Part shown: piece by piece, positions 38,744 through 47,618 of the stretch
Layout of the letters: every line of letters starts with the position of its first letter
How positions within the stretch are numbered: position 1 is the stretch's first letter
Source of the DNA: Candidatus Thorarchaeota archaeon
GTDB taxonomy: Archaea > Asgardarchaeota > Thorarchaeia > Thorarchaeales > Thorarchaeaceae
Assembly (NCBI GenBank): GCA_048882045.1
Contig: JBHLRZ010000009.1
Span: 1 to 64,000 of the forward strand
DNA length: 64,000 nt
Reading direction: 5' to 3'
Made by a program: the position numbers and the translations under genes
The notes under the pieces: model-generated
What the model was told of the DNA's origin: nothing
The model's database searches: none
The model's input: the letters and a program-made list of their open reading frames with translations, nothing else

Positions 38744-39757
38744 TTAGATTGTCTTACCTATCACCTTGAGACCGTGCTTTCGATACTTAGCTACTATCTG
38801 AATAACCTTCGGAAGTGGAAGTTTCAAAGCTTCAGCAATCTGTTCTGTTGTTCGACTACCATCACACATATTGATTATACTCTGATCACCTGATGCAACC
38901 TTGGATATGTCACCCTCAAATCGTGGACATTTGACATAACGACCCATCGTACTAGGAGCGGCAGCTACGCTCTCATCACCCGCCTCAATCTGAGGTACAT
39001 CGATGATACCCTTTGATGCGCCCCACTTGAGCAATTCGATAACCCGATTGTTTGGCTGAAACATCGAGTCTGCAATCTGTTCAACACTATTGTTCCCATC
39101 AACAAGCATGAGAACGTCAAATCCAAAGTTACGGTACTGGGTCTTCATCTCTTTGTAGAGTGACGAGTCCAAAGAGAGTGCATTAGCATATTCGGAGCCT
39201 CTTGTTGGAACTGTTCCAGGCTGTACATTGAAATCATCTGGTGACAGCTCTGGTTTAATTTCATCAGCAGGAGCTTCTACAACAGGAGTTTCAACTACGG
39301 GAGTTGGAGTTTCTATTGGGGGTTCTAGTGGGATTTCAGGAGGAACTGTTTCAACAGATGCTGCCTGAATCGCAATACTTTCCAAAACCTGAAGATTTGA
39401 TTCACTGGACTCCTCGAAATCCTCTGGTGGTGGTGGGAGCTCTATACCTTCAAGAAGACGTAGAACATTCTTGGTCTTGGCAATTGCAAGACCAAGCTGT
39501 AGTTCTGGCACATAGAGTACAGTGAGAATCCAGTTATCATCGACAGGAGAGAGGACGACTAGTCCACGGTCTGTGTCAATGGTCATAAGGCGTAGATCGG
39601 ATTTGTACAGGGCTATACTATCTTTGACCCTTGGAAATAGTTCGTCAGGAAAAGCAAAACTAACGAAAGGCCTTCCGACCTTTGTCATTAGTGAATAACC
39701 TAAAACTTGGTCATCAAATCTCAGTTTTGAAAGAGCTCGCTCCAAATCCTTGGACAT
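38744..39757 (-). CDS. Roadblock-like domain + Pro/Glu linker + two wHTH domains (paralog A)
   Basis: VLGYSLMTKVGRP...GLVVLSPVDDNWILTVL...LQLGLAI; VDGNNSVEQIA; CDGSRTTEQIA; SD GAGGTG before ATG 39757. Confidence 0.75.
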   Translation of the reverse strand: MSKDLERALSKLRFDDQVLGYSLMTKVGRPFVSFAFPDELFPRVKDSIALYKSDLRLMTIDTDRGLVVLSPVDDNWILTVLYVPELQLGLAIAKTKNVLRLLEGIELPPPPEDFEESSESNLQVLESIAIQAASVETVPPEIPLEPPIETPTPVVETPVVEAPADEIKPELSPDDFNVQPGTVPTRGSEYANALSLDSSLYKEMKTQYRNFGFDVLMLVDGNNSVEQIADSMFQPNNRVIELLKWGASKGIIDVPQIEAGDESVAAAPSTMGRYVKCPRFEGDISKVASGDQSIINMCDGSRTTEQIAEALKLPLPKVIQIVAKYRKHGLKVIGKTI

Positions 39758-39911
39758 CAATAACACCTCACGGACCTTGGTCTGACCTTAGCCTGCCTGT
39801 CAATTCCTCTTTTCGAAAGGCGTCGTAAAAGGATTGTGGTGATAATATAATTTTCTGAGTTACGTCGGTCAATAACGGTTAAGAGGGATAGAGTGCGTCA
39901 ACAGGAACAGA

Positions 39912-40469
39912 ATGAAGAACTTACTGAGTAGCATCATGGCTGTTGTCGTAGGCTCTACACTAATAGTGTGGCTCACGAACCTTACGCAACCAACATATCC
40001 TGAACCTTTCGACGTGATATGGATGCTTCTCATAGGAAGTAGTACACTTCAATCCACGTTGTCTTTCATCACAGATGTGAACAACGTACTAGCGTTTCTT
40101 GCATCATGGATTGTGATCGGCGTAATCATTGGACCTTTCTCTAAGTTCGGTTGGAATACAGTTCGGTCAGTGTTATGGGTTGGATTCATTCACGCTATTC
40201 TGTCGTTGGCATCACTTCTTCTGTTGAATCCTGCGTTCTGGGAAATGTCATCTAGAAACTTCGAACTCTTGTATCAGTTTGCCACCTCAATGATTGTGGC
40301 GTTACTCGCACTACCTTCTGCCCTCCTTTCAGCTCTGTTGATTAAACGAATTCGAACACAGACAGATCCTCCTATCCCAGTGAAGATCGAAACTATATGT
40401 GAGTGCGGAGCTGTATTCAAATCTAGACCAATGCTCTGTTCAGAATGTGGGCGGAAACTGTCTGATTAG
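39912..40469 (+). CDS. Membrane protein with C-terminal zinc ribbon
   Basis: 4-5 TM helices; CECG...CSECG. Confidence 0.75.
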   Translation: MKNLLSSIMAVVVGSTLIVWLTNLTQPTYPEPFDVIWMLLIGSSTLQSTLSFITDVNNVLAFLASWIVIGVIIGPFSKFGWNTVRSVLWVGFIHAILSLASLLLLNPAFWEMSSRNFELLYQFATSMIVALLALPSALLSALLIKRIRTQTDPPIPVKIETICECGAVFKSRPMLCSECGRKLSD

Positions 40470-40993
40470 CGATCTCGGGAGATTCCGCCTCCAAGGAAGC
40501 CGCCAATCGCACATGCAATGGCAGGATAGATCGTTCCCTCTAGTGCAGCTTGCATTATATACATAGACCCAGGCTCAAAGATAGCCATGAGATTGAATGA
40601 GGGGGATATCATAAAGAACAACAACCAGGTAAGAAATGCACCTATGACAGCGCCGATGATGGCAGCCATAATCCCGGGAAGGAAGTCCTTTGAGGCTAGG
40701 CCAGCGAGAAGACCACCAGTGCCCCAAGCCAGCCACATGAGTCCACTGGCATACTCAGCACCATAACCAACAAGCGCTCCAAGGCTTGGAGTGCCAAGAA
40801 AACCTGGGGAGGGGTACAGAACTGTTCCGACAACTGCTAACCTTAGCTCGAGGTCATTGTTGATCAAAAAGTCATCAACAACAAGTGCGGATATCAGATC
40901 GTTGGGGACGAGAGCCCCAAATGTAAGTACTATGAATGTTATTGCGAAAGCTGTTATCAGCCCTATTAGCGTGCCTAGACCTTGACCCAACAT
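40466..40993 (-). CDS. Gly-rich membrane protein
   Basis: 4 hydrophobic helices with GxxxG motifs. Confidence 0.75.
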   Translation of the reverse strand: MLGQGLGTLIGLITAFAITFIVLTFGALVPNDLISALVVDDFLINNDLELRLAVVGTVLYPSPGFLGTPSLGALVGYGAEYASGLMWLAWGTGGLLAGLASKDFLPGIMAAIIGAVIGAFLTWLLFFMISPSFNLMAIFEPGSMYIMQAALEGTIYPAIACAIGGFLGGGISRDR

Positions 40994-41066
40994 AGGTCCT
41001 CCATGAATGATGAATTACAATACAATTTTCTCTTTTTAGGGTTTTATACCTATGCCAGATGGTTTA

Positions 41067-41570
41067 CTACAGAAGAGTCAGGGTCCAAGTGCAGGCTTCA
41101 TCGCCAAGTGCTTTACATGACTCCTGGTAACTTTCTGCTTGGAATCCTCGAAGCTTCATCACTGCATCGAATACTCCACTCACGATGACACAGTATTGCA
41201 GTCCAGGCATGTCTGTGATTAGAACTCCTGCACATATTGGACAGTCTGCATCAGTGAACTTGATAGTTTTCCGGTCCTCGCTTATCCATATATTAGTAAA
41301 TTCCTGGCCAGAGTTCACTTTATACGCAAGCTGGAGTGTCTTAGCAAACTCGTGGAATGCCCCTGCATGCTGACTGATTCTGTCTGCATAATCCATGAGC
41401 AGAGTTTCTCCAACTCGAAAACCAATATCCTTCATCTTGAAATTGATCATGTTAACGGAGTCACTGGTGCTCATCAACAGGTTCATCAGTTCTCTGTAGC
41501 TGGCTTGGAATAGAACCTTACTTACTTTCGGGGTCATGGCAGTCCAAGCAATTTTCCCTTTGATTCCCAT
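41067..41570 (-). CDS. Bet3/TRAPPC3-like (V4R) protein
   Basis: KVSKVLFQASYREL...INFKMKDIGFRVGETLLMDY; CPIC, YCVIVSGVF, ESCKALGDEAC; SD GGAGG before ATG 41570. Confidence 0.82.
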   Translation of the reverse strand: MGIKGKIAWTAMTPKVSKVLFQASYRELMNLLMSTSDSVNMINFKMKDIGFRVGETLLMDYADRISQHAGAFHEFAKTLQLAYKVNSGQEFTNIWISEDRKTIKFTDADCPICAGVLITDMPGLQYCVIVSGVFDAVMKLRGFQAESYQESCKALGDEACTWTLTLL

Positions 41571-41586
41571 TGTTATTCCTCCAAAC

Positions 41587-42597
41587 TCAGTATCTTGATT
41601 CTTTGTCAGTACGTATGATTTTGAGAGTTTTCCCTCGATAGGGAAGTATGGTTTGCAACGCTTCGAAATAGGGTATGCCAACCTCAGTCGCAATCTCCTG
41701 TAATGTACGTTTTCCATTACAGAGTTCGATAACAGCTCTATGCTGTTTCTTGACCTTGTCAATTTTGCCTTGAAACAGTGGCAACTCGATTATCTCCTTC
41801 TGGGAAGGTTCCTGAACTTCAGGACATTCAACAGATACAATATCGCGTGAAACACACCAAGAAACAATCGCAATGATTTTATCTACAGGACGAGATAGAT
41901 GTTCAGCAATCCTATAGACAGTCCTTTTCTCATCTACTAAAAGAAGGACGTCAATACCGACATTCGAAAATTCCTTCTTTATTCGAGTATTCAAGTTTGT
42001 GTCAAGAGACATTGTTTCGCTGTACCTTCCAGCTCTAAAGACAACACAGCCATGTTGGACAACAACTTCCTTTTCTTCGTCCTTAACTTCCTCAACTGGT
42101 TCAAGAGTAGGTTCTGGTTGCGGTTCTTCGACTGCTTCGGGTACTTCAACCATTGGGACAAGCTCCGACTCTTCAGCCGATGATGCTTGATGCGTTTCTG
42201 CTGGGTTTTCAAATACGGCTTCCATTGAGATAGGTTCAGGAAAAGATGCTTCAACATCTTCTTCGAATCTTGGTGGGGGAGGAAGGTCTACTTGGACTAG
42301 CAAGTCAACGACTGCTTTGGTTCGTGATAATGCACCTCCAAGTTGGAAGTCGGGTTCAAAGAGCACAGCAAGGACCCATAATGGGTTCACTCTCGCGAGA
42401 ATAACGATTCCTTTGTCAGTCATTATATTAACTAGTTTCAAATCAGAACCGTGTATCTTCAAGGTTCCTTTGATCTGAGGGAGAACTGCATCAGGCAAAG
42501 AAAATGACAAGAAAGGATGTCCGTCAGCAGTTATGAGGGCGTATCCATTTACTGACTCATCGAATTTCAATTTAGTCAGGACACGCTCTAGCTGCAA
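41587..42597 (-). CDS. Roadblock-like domain + Pro/Glu linker + two wHTH domains (paralog B)
   Basis: Aligns by eye with paralog A; VDEKRTVYRIA, CNGKRTLQEIA; likely TTG start 42597 after AAGGTG. Confidence 0.75.
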   Translation of the reverse strand: MQLERVLTKLKFDESVNGYALITADGHPFLSFSLPDAVLPQIKGTLKIHGSDLKLVNIMTDKGIVILARVNPLWVLAVLFEPDFQLGGALSRTKAVVDLLVQVDLPPPPRFEEDVEASFPEPISMEAVFENPAETHQASSAEESELVPMVEVPEAVEEPQPEPTLEPVEEVKDEEKEVVVQHGCVVFRAGRYSETMSLDTNLNTRIKKEFSNVGIDVLLLVDEKRTVYRIAEHLSRPVDKIIAIVSWCVSRDIVSVECPEVQEPSQKEIIELPLFQGKIDKVKKQHRAVIELCNGKRTLQEIATEVGIPYFEALQTILPYRGKTLKIIRTDKESRY

Positions 42598-42644
42598 TTC
42601 ATACACCTTATCAAACGATGCAAGTATTAGTAAAACCACGGTAT

Positions 42645-43742
42645 TTACGGTTTAAGTAACTTTGTGCCATCTCCTGACAGACGAGGATTGCTCTCTAAGA
42701 ACTTCACGATTTCTGTAAGGGACGGGTGGCGGGCATTTGCAGAAGAAACGTAGAGTGCAGCCATTGCATTGGCAAGTGTGAGACGATCTACAGGTTTTAG
42801 GTCAAGAAGTGTCCCATAGATAGTACCTGCATTCCAAGCATCACCAGCTCCACATACCACTCGACTCTCAACCTCAAATACAGGAATAGAGGTTGTTGTT
42901 TCTTCATGGATAGTTGCAGTATAGAATGGAGTATGGAAATCGATTTGAACACCCGTTTCTTTGGAAACAAATTCAGCAGCTTTCAGCCACTGCATTGGTT
43001 GAGTCTGAATATCTTTCCAGTGTCCTCTACCTCCTGCGAGACTTTCAGCCACCCATCTGACTTCATTCTCATTGAGTCCAAAAATATCAACCAAGCCCAC
43101 AGACATGACTTGCTCTACGAGATTTCTAACGAGGTCAGGATTTCCAGAAGGATCGCCCATGTCCATGAAGGTTATTGCATCTGAGGACTCCTTTACAAAC
43201 TTGAACAGGTCGTGAGCTAGTTCAGAACCCTTCAAATTGTGATTCAGATTAACAAGTGCAACAAAGCTGCATCCTCTGATTGCTTTGATGTCTGAGTCAG
43301 TGAGATCTGTGAATGTGAATTCTCGTGCAGAGCCACTGTCACTGATCATAAGATTGACCTTTCTTCCCTTGTATTCGGTTTCAATTGAAACTGTGGAAGA
43401 CATGCGACCTTTCGTCTGGACATGATCATAATCTAAGTCCGGACTTGTCAGAGCGCGAAGTAGTGCTTTACCGTGTTCATCAGTTGTAACAATGAGTTTA
43501 GGCTTCAGACCGAGGGAGTTAAGGGCTGATGCAGTATTCACTGCATTTCCACCCCTTCGGATGAACTGTTCATTCTCGAGGAGGTTGCCTCCACCCTGAA
43601 TAGCAAGTCTTTCCAGACCTTCAATCAACTTGTCCAGGGAGTCAATCAACACAAAATGGTCTACGAAGAAGTCTGGTAGGATAACTGGATAACCAACTAT
43701 CTTCGATTTTTTCAGAATTGAGATGAGTGGAGTGTAGTCCAA
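42645..43742 (-). CDS. PfkB-family carbohydrate kinase
   Basis: RGGNAVNTASAL, LNENE, CGAGDAWNAG. Confidence 0.88.
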   Translation of the reverse strand: MDYTPLISILKKSKIVGYPVILPDFFVDHFVLIDSLDKLIEGLERLAIQGGGNLLENEQFIRRGGNAVNTASALNSLGLKPKLIVTTDEHGKALLRALTSPDLDYDHVQTKGRMSSTVSIETEYKGRKVNLMISDSGSAREFTFTDLTDSDIKAIRGCSFVALVNLNHNLKGSELAHDLFKFVKESSDAITFMDMGDPSGNPDLVRNLVEQVMSVGLVDIFGLNENEVRWVAESLAGGRGHWKDIQTQPMQWLKAAEFVSKETGVQIDFHTPFYTATIHEETTTSIPVFEVESRVVCGAGDAWNAGTIYGTLLDLKPVDRLTLANAMAALYVSSANARHPSLTEIVKFLESNPRLSGDGTKLLKP

Positions 43743-43776
43743 CTCGTCCGGCTCCCAAGCATAGAAAGGTTCTGCT

Positions 43777-44223
43777 CTAGACCTTCTTCAGAGCCGCCTT
43801 AACCATTGCAGTTATTCGCTCTTCATCTATACCAGTCTTCTTTGCGACCTTCGGAATGTCGCAATATGCCAAATCGGAAAATGAGAGAATACCTGCATCA
43901 ACGAGGAGTTTGGCTTCGTCAACCTTCACACCTCGAAGGCTAGCGAGGTTCTTAGCAATCTTGGCCGCATCCTTCTTGGGAGCGGTTTCCTCAGCTAGCT
44001 TGGCAACCAGTTTTTCGAGGTCTTTCATATACTGATTTAGAGCTTCGACATTCTCTGGATGCACTGTCTTTCTTCGAAGATCAACTATCAGGCCCATCTT
44101 TCGAGCATCATCTATAGTGAGACCTACTTGCTTCGTTTCCTCAACACTAAAACCTCGACCCCTTTTAGGCCGACCATCATTTGGCGATTTCACCATAGGT
44201 TCTGCGATAATGTCGTAACTCAT
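43777..44223 (-). CDS. rpl13e: Ribosomal protein eL13 with C-terminal HhH domain
   Basis: RGRGFSVEE...GLIVDLRRKTVHPENVEAL; tail LASLRGV...LVDAGILSFSDLA. Confidence 0.9.
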   Translation of the reverse strand: MSYDIIAEPMVKSPNDGRPKRGRGFSVEETKQVGLTIDDARKMGLIVDLRRKTVHPENVEALNQYMKDLEKLVAKLAEETAPKKDAAKIAKNLASLRGVKVDEAKLLVDAGILSFSDLAYCDIPKVAKKTGIDEERITAMVKAALKKV

Positions 44224-44348
44224 CGGTCATACACCTGACTCGGCATCGTGCCTTAGGTCCGCTTATTAGGCTTTCGAGATGGTAGTGGTCTGTACATTTC
44301 ACTGGAGCAACATCTGCCATACTAATCGAATAATCGAGATACAGGGAT

Positions 44349-44822
44349 TCAATACAAAATGGTTACGCTGGACACTCCAAATGCAAAAAACATCACCACC
44401 AGCCACAGGACCAAAAGCAGAGCCCAATTCGAAAGAGAGGTATAGAGTCCTGAGGATTCAGGTAATCGGAGATCAAGATACATTAATGCTATGGGAGGAC
44501 TAATGATGACAAAAAACCAAATCGGATTGTTGAGGATGAGTATACTCGACAAAATCAGAGGCATTCCTCCATAGATTATCCCAATAATGTAGATTGTAGC
44601 ATCAATAACGAGAAATACAAAATAGAGACCAAGCACAACCCTTCCTGCCTTGAGAGCGCCTATATTTGAGCTATTCCGATTCCAAGTAATTCCGAGGAAT
44701 GAAAGGATAAGAATCACATGAAGTAATAGAGTGATAGCCAAGAGGAATTCAATAGATGTCTGTGAAAGCTGTAGGAGAGAAAACAGAATACTAGCATTTG
44801 ACAGATCAAGCATTATTGTCAT
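44349..44822 (-). CDS. Hypothetical membrane protein
   Basis: About 4 TM helices. Confidence 0.6.
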   Translation of the reverse strand: MTIMLDLSNASILFSLLQLSQTSIEFLLAITLLLHVILILSFLGITWNRNSSNIGALKAGRVVLGLYFVFLVIDATIYIIGIIYGGMPLILSSILILNNPIWFFVIISPPIALMYLDLRLPESSGLYTSLSNWALLLVLWLVVMFFAFGVSSVTILY

Positions 44823-44975
44823 CCAAGGTTTATTCTATTCAACCACTTATCTATTCTTGGACAGGAGGGAGTTGTCTAACAATTCCATCTAGGTTCTCGT
44901 TTAATCAATCCTCAGGTTTCTGTTTATTCAGCCTTCGAGGATTATTAACTCTAATCGTTATAGATAGCAGATCTC

Positions 44976-45695
44976 CTATACACGCCGCTTGATAACATAC
45001 ATGATGAGAACAACAATGACAACACTCCCACCCGCCGCCATTATGAGTATGCTCATTGAAGGGGCAGGACTACTTTCTGATGGTACTAATGTTGAAGTTG
45101 TTGTATCTGAGGAAGTCGTTGTCGTCGTCATTACTGGCGTTGAAGAGGTGAGTATGATATCAAGGCCATAAAGAGCGACACTATCTGCGTATTCGTGCAT
45201 ATGATAATGTTGAACAACACCATCAGACTTTCGGAATTGGACTTCCTTGTGTTCTCCATTCCCTAGAACTATGTCATAATACTCATAGGCAAAAAGGGTC
45301 TCGTTATTCAAGAATCCTGCATCTTTGGGAAATGCATCAATGAGTTGGGTCCAATCACCTACAGGTAGAAGATTGAAACCGAAGGGCTCCCCTACATCAG
45401 AAGGTTCGAATCCAATACCAGTTTTCCAGAATAAAGATACATTGAATCCCGTTTCAGCCAGTGTCCAAACATCAGCTGGGTCAATGTTTGATGGGATTTC
45501 AGACAATTCTTCTATAATGACATAGAAATTCTGTTGAAACAAGACCGTCTTCGATTCGTCTTCAACACTCCAGCTATAGTCATATCGGTTTCCCACTTGG
45601 ATAACCCATTCATAGTCCGTTGAAGCAGATGTGAATGTAGGACTACCAAGTATCAGGAAGCTGAGAAGAAACAAGAGAATCAATGGTTTTCTCAC
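44976..45695 (-). CDS. Secreted protein with Thr/Ser linker and C-terminal TM anchor
   Basis: Signal peptide, TTTTTSSDTTT linker, TM followed by KRR. Confidence 0.8.
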   Translation of the reverse strand: MRKPLILLFLLSFLILGSPTFTSASTDYEWVIQVGNRYDYSWSVEDESKTVLFQQNFYVIIEELSEIPSNIDPADVWTLAETGFNVSLFWKTGIGFEPSDVGEPFGFNLLPVGDWTQLIDAFPKDAGFLNNETLFAYEYYDIVLGNGEHKEVQFRKSDGVVQHYHMHEYADSVALYGLDIILTSSTPVMTTTTTSSDTTTSTLVPSESSPAPSMSILIMAAGGSVVIVVLIMYVIKRRV

Positions 45696-45852
45696 TTACT
45701 CGCACTCTCCTTGTAGTTTTAACTATAGTGAATTTGTTAATTAATTCTCGGTTGTGACAGTAATATGTTGTTCGAATGTAGGATCCAAAATCACGAGTCT
45801 TGCGGAACACCTAGACTCACCTAGCAATCAAGTGTTTTCAAGGAATCTTGAT

Positions 45853-45978
45853 TTATTTGCTCAACAATATACTCCTATGAAACGCTCCACAATCACATTC
45901 GACACAGCTGTCTTTGAAATCCTCGTGATCATCACGTACATGACCACAAGTACATTGGTCAAGGTTTCTTATACTCAT
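45853..45978 (-). CDS. 41-aa Cys/His zinc-finger microprotein (not in the ORF track)
   Basis: MSIRNLDQCTCGHVRDDHEDFKDSCVECDCGAFHRSILLSK; SD GAGGTGA; ATGA overlap with the upstream ORF. Confidence 0.75.
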   Translation of the reverse strand: MSIRNLDQCTCGHVRDDHEDFKDSCVECDCGAFHRSILLSK

Positions 45979-46121
45979 CTTATCACCTCTTCTTCTGATT
46001 TTTCTGACAACCTTTCACGCATTATTTCCTGTGCCATCTTTAGCATTCGATGAGGCGCATATCCATTCCTTACCCTTGCTCTATTGTATAGAATCTTCGA
46101 ATTGATCTTCATTTCTTCCAT
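45975..46121 (-). CDS. Small hypothetical protein (48 aa)
   Basis: MEEMKINSKILYNRARVRNGYAPHRMLKMAQEIMRERL...; stop overlaps the next start. Confidence 0.45.
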   Translation of the reverse strand: MEEMKINSKILYNRARVRNGYAPHRMLKMAQEIMRERLSEKSEEEVIR

Positions 46122-46316
46122 TTTGATATCCTGCTGATGAGTATAATTTGGTCTAATGACTAAATACGAGATGTGCAAAAACAGATGTTTCAAATACCAG
46201 ACAATAGGGTCTGTTCTATACAGTTTTCACTGACCTGTTTCTATCTCTCTCACTTTCTGCAATCTCGAAAAGTCATGTATGCTAATAAGTCTGAGGTATT
46301 ACGAAATTTAGACACA

Positions 46317-47144
46317 TTAGAAGAAAGAATCTAGGGTTGATTGCTTTGTTTCTGATGCTCTCAGCATTCGGTCAAGTTTTACTTGTTGTTTGGGATTAAT
46401 CTGTTTCATCAATGAAAGCATTTGAAATGCATTCAACGGAGCGTTTCCAGCAAAGTGATTGTTGAAGTAACCGAAAGTCGTTGGAACTGCGTTCGTCACC
46501 TGTTCCAAACGAGGGACCCAAGGCTTTAGCTCATCAAGTGAGTATCTGTAGTTGAACCATGGGTCTTCTCCATGTCCATGCCAGCGAATATAGGAAAAAT
46601 CAGTTGTAACTCTTAGATCAATAGGAAGTTTAGGCTCATCAACTATAACATGAGCAATACCATAGTCTTCAATCAATGACCAGACCCTCGGAACCAACCA
46701 AGACTCGTTTCGAAACTCAATCGCGTATCGAAAGGACGAATCTAGAGCAGAGAAGAAGTTTTCCAATTCACCGAACTTGGAGAGTTCCCATGGGGGTAAT
46801 TGAATCAACAGAACTTGAACACGACCGTGAAGTGGTTCGAGAAGACTGAAGAATTCGTTGAGTATGTTTCTGCCTTTCCCATCCTTCATTCTGAGATCAA
46901 GACGTGTATCGTGTGTGACAGCCTTCGGAAGTTTGGCAGTGAAGAAGACATTATCATCTAATGACGACAAGTGCTTCACAAAGTTCTTTGTGGGGAGTGC
47001 ATAGAATGTGGAGTTTATCTCTGAAGTGTAAAAATACTTCAGATACTGCTTAAGCAGGGACCCTCCACTAGAATAGAAGACTCCGCGCCAGTCCTTGTCA
47101 TAAGACCATCCACTCGTCCCGATATGTAGTCCTTTCTTCATCAA
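46317..47144 (-). CDS. DUF72 family protein
   Basis: IGTSGWSY, EINSTFY, LIQLPP, AIEFRNESW, YIRWHG, YFNNH. Confidence 0.93.
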   Translation of the reverse strand: MMKKGLHIGTSGWSYDKDWRGVFYSSGGSLLKQYLKYFYTSEINSTFYALPTKNFVKHLSSLDDNVFFTAKLPKAVTHDTRLDLRMKDGKGRNILNEFFSLLEPLHGRVQVLLIQLPPWELSKFGELENFFSALDSSFRYAIEFRNESWLVPRVWSLIEDYGIAHVIVDEPKLPIDLRVTTDFSYIRWHGHGEDPWFNYRYSLDELKPWVPRLEQVTNAVPTTFGYFNNHFAGNAPLNAFQMLSLMKQINPKQQVKLDRMLRASETKQSTLDSFF

Positions 47145-47238
47145 TCTCAGTATTCAGTTAGGTTTCAATTACTATTTGTCTTCCGGCCTATTATCAAGAT
47201 AATGAAATTCATAAGAAGGATAGTCGAACCATTACTGT

Positions 47239-47556
47239 GTGAAACCGATGATTGCTGAGAATGTGAAAGTGGAGTTTAGTAACCTTGAGATCCATATGGG
47301 TGATTTCAGTGACCGCAAGTTCAAGATTAAATGTGTCGTATCCTACAAAGATCAGCTTCTCATCATGGATGGCGGGAAGAGAGTCGCCACTATGCATGCT
47401 CGCAATATCGGGAAAGTTGACCTTGAGAAGAAAGCGATCAGGATTGCAGCTATGAATTTTGAAATCAAAGAAGGCGAGGAAGTAAACGTAGCCAGTGGTT
47501 CAATAAGATTGGAGTTAGAGGATGCAGAAGCTTGGTATAAAGAACTCTGGGAGTGA
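47239..47556 (+). CDS. Hypothetical protein, possible PH-like fold
   Basis: Beta-strand-rich body ending in helix EDAEAWYKELW. Confidence 0.65.
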   Translation: MKPMIAENVKVEFSNLEIHMGDFSDRKFKIKCVVSYKDQLLIMDGGKRVATMHARNIGKVDLEKKAIRIAAMNFEIKEGEEVNVASGSIRLELEDAEAWYKELWE

Positions 47557-47618
47557 ACCAAGACCTTTAAACGATACAAGCTCCGAGCCAAAGAAGCGGA
47601 AGCATTGGTGATGAGACG

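Noticed and set aside
41571-41762. N-terminal extension or possible frameshift fusion of the Bet3-like gene with the upstream gene
   Set aside because: Clear SD + ATG at 41570, and the paralogous cassette also has two separate genes
45754-46053. 99-aa plus-strand ORF
   Set aside because: Antisense to the better-supported zinc-finger microprotein pair
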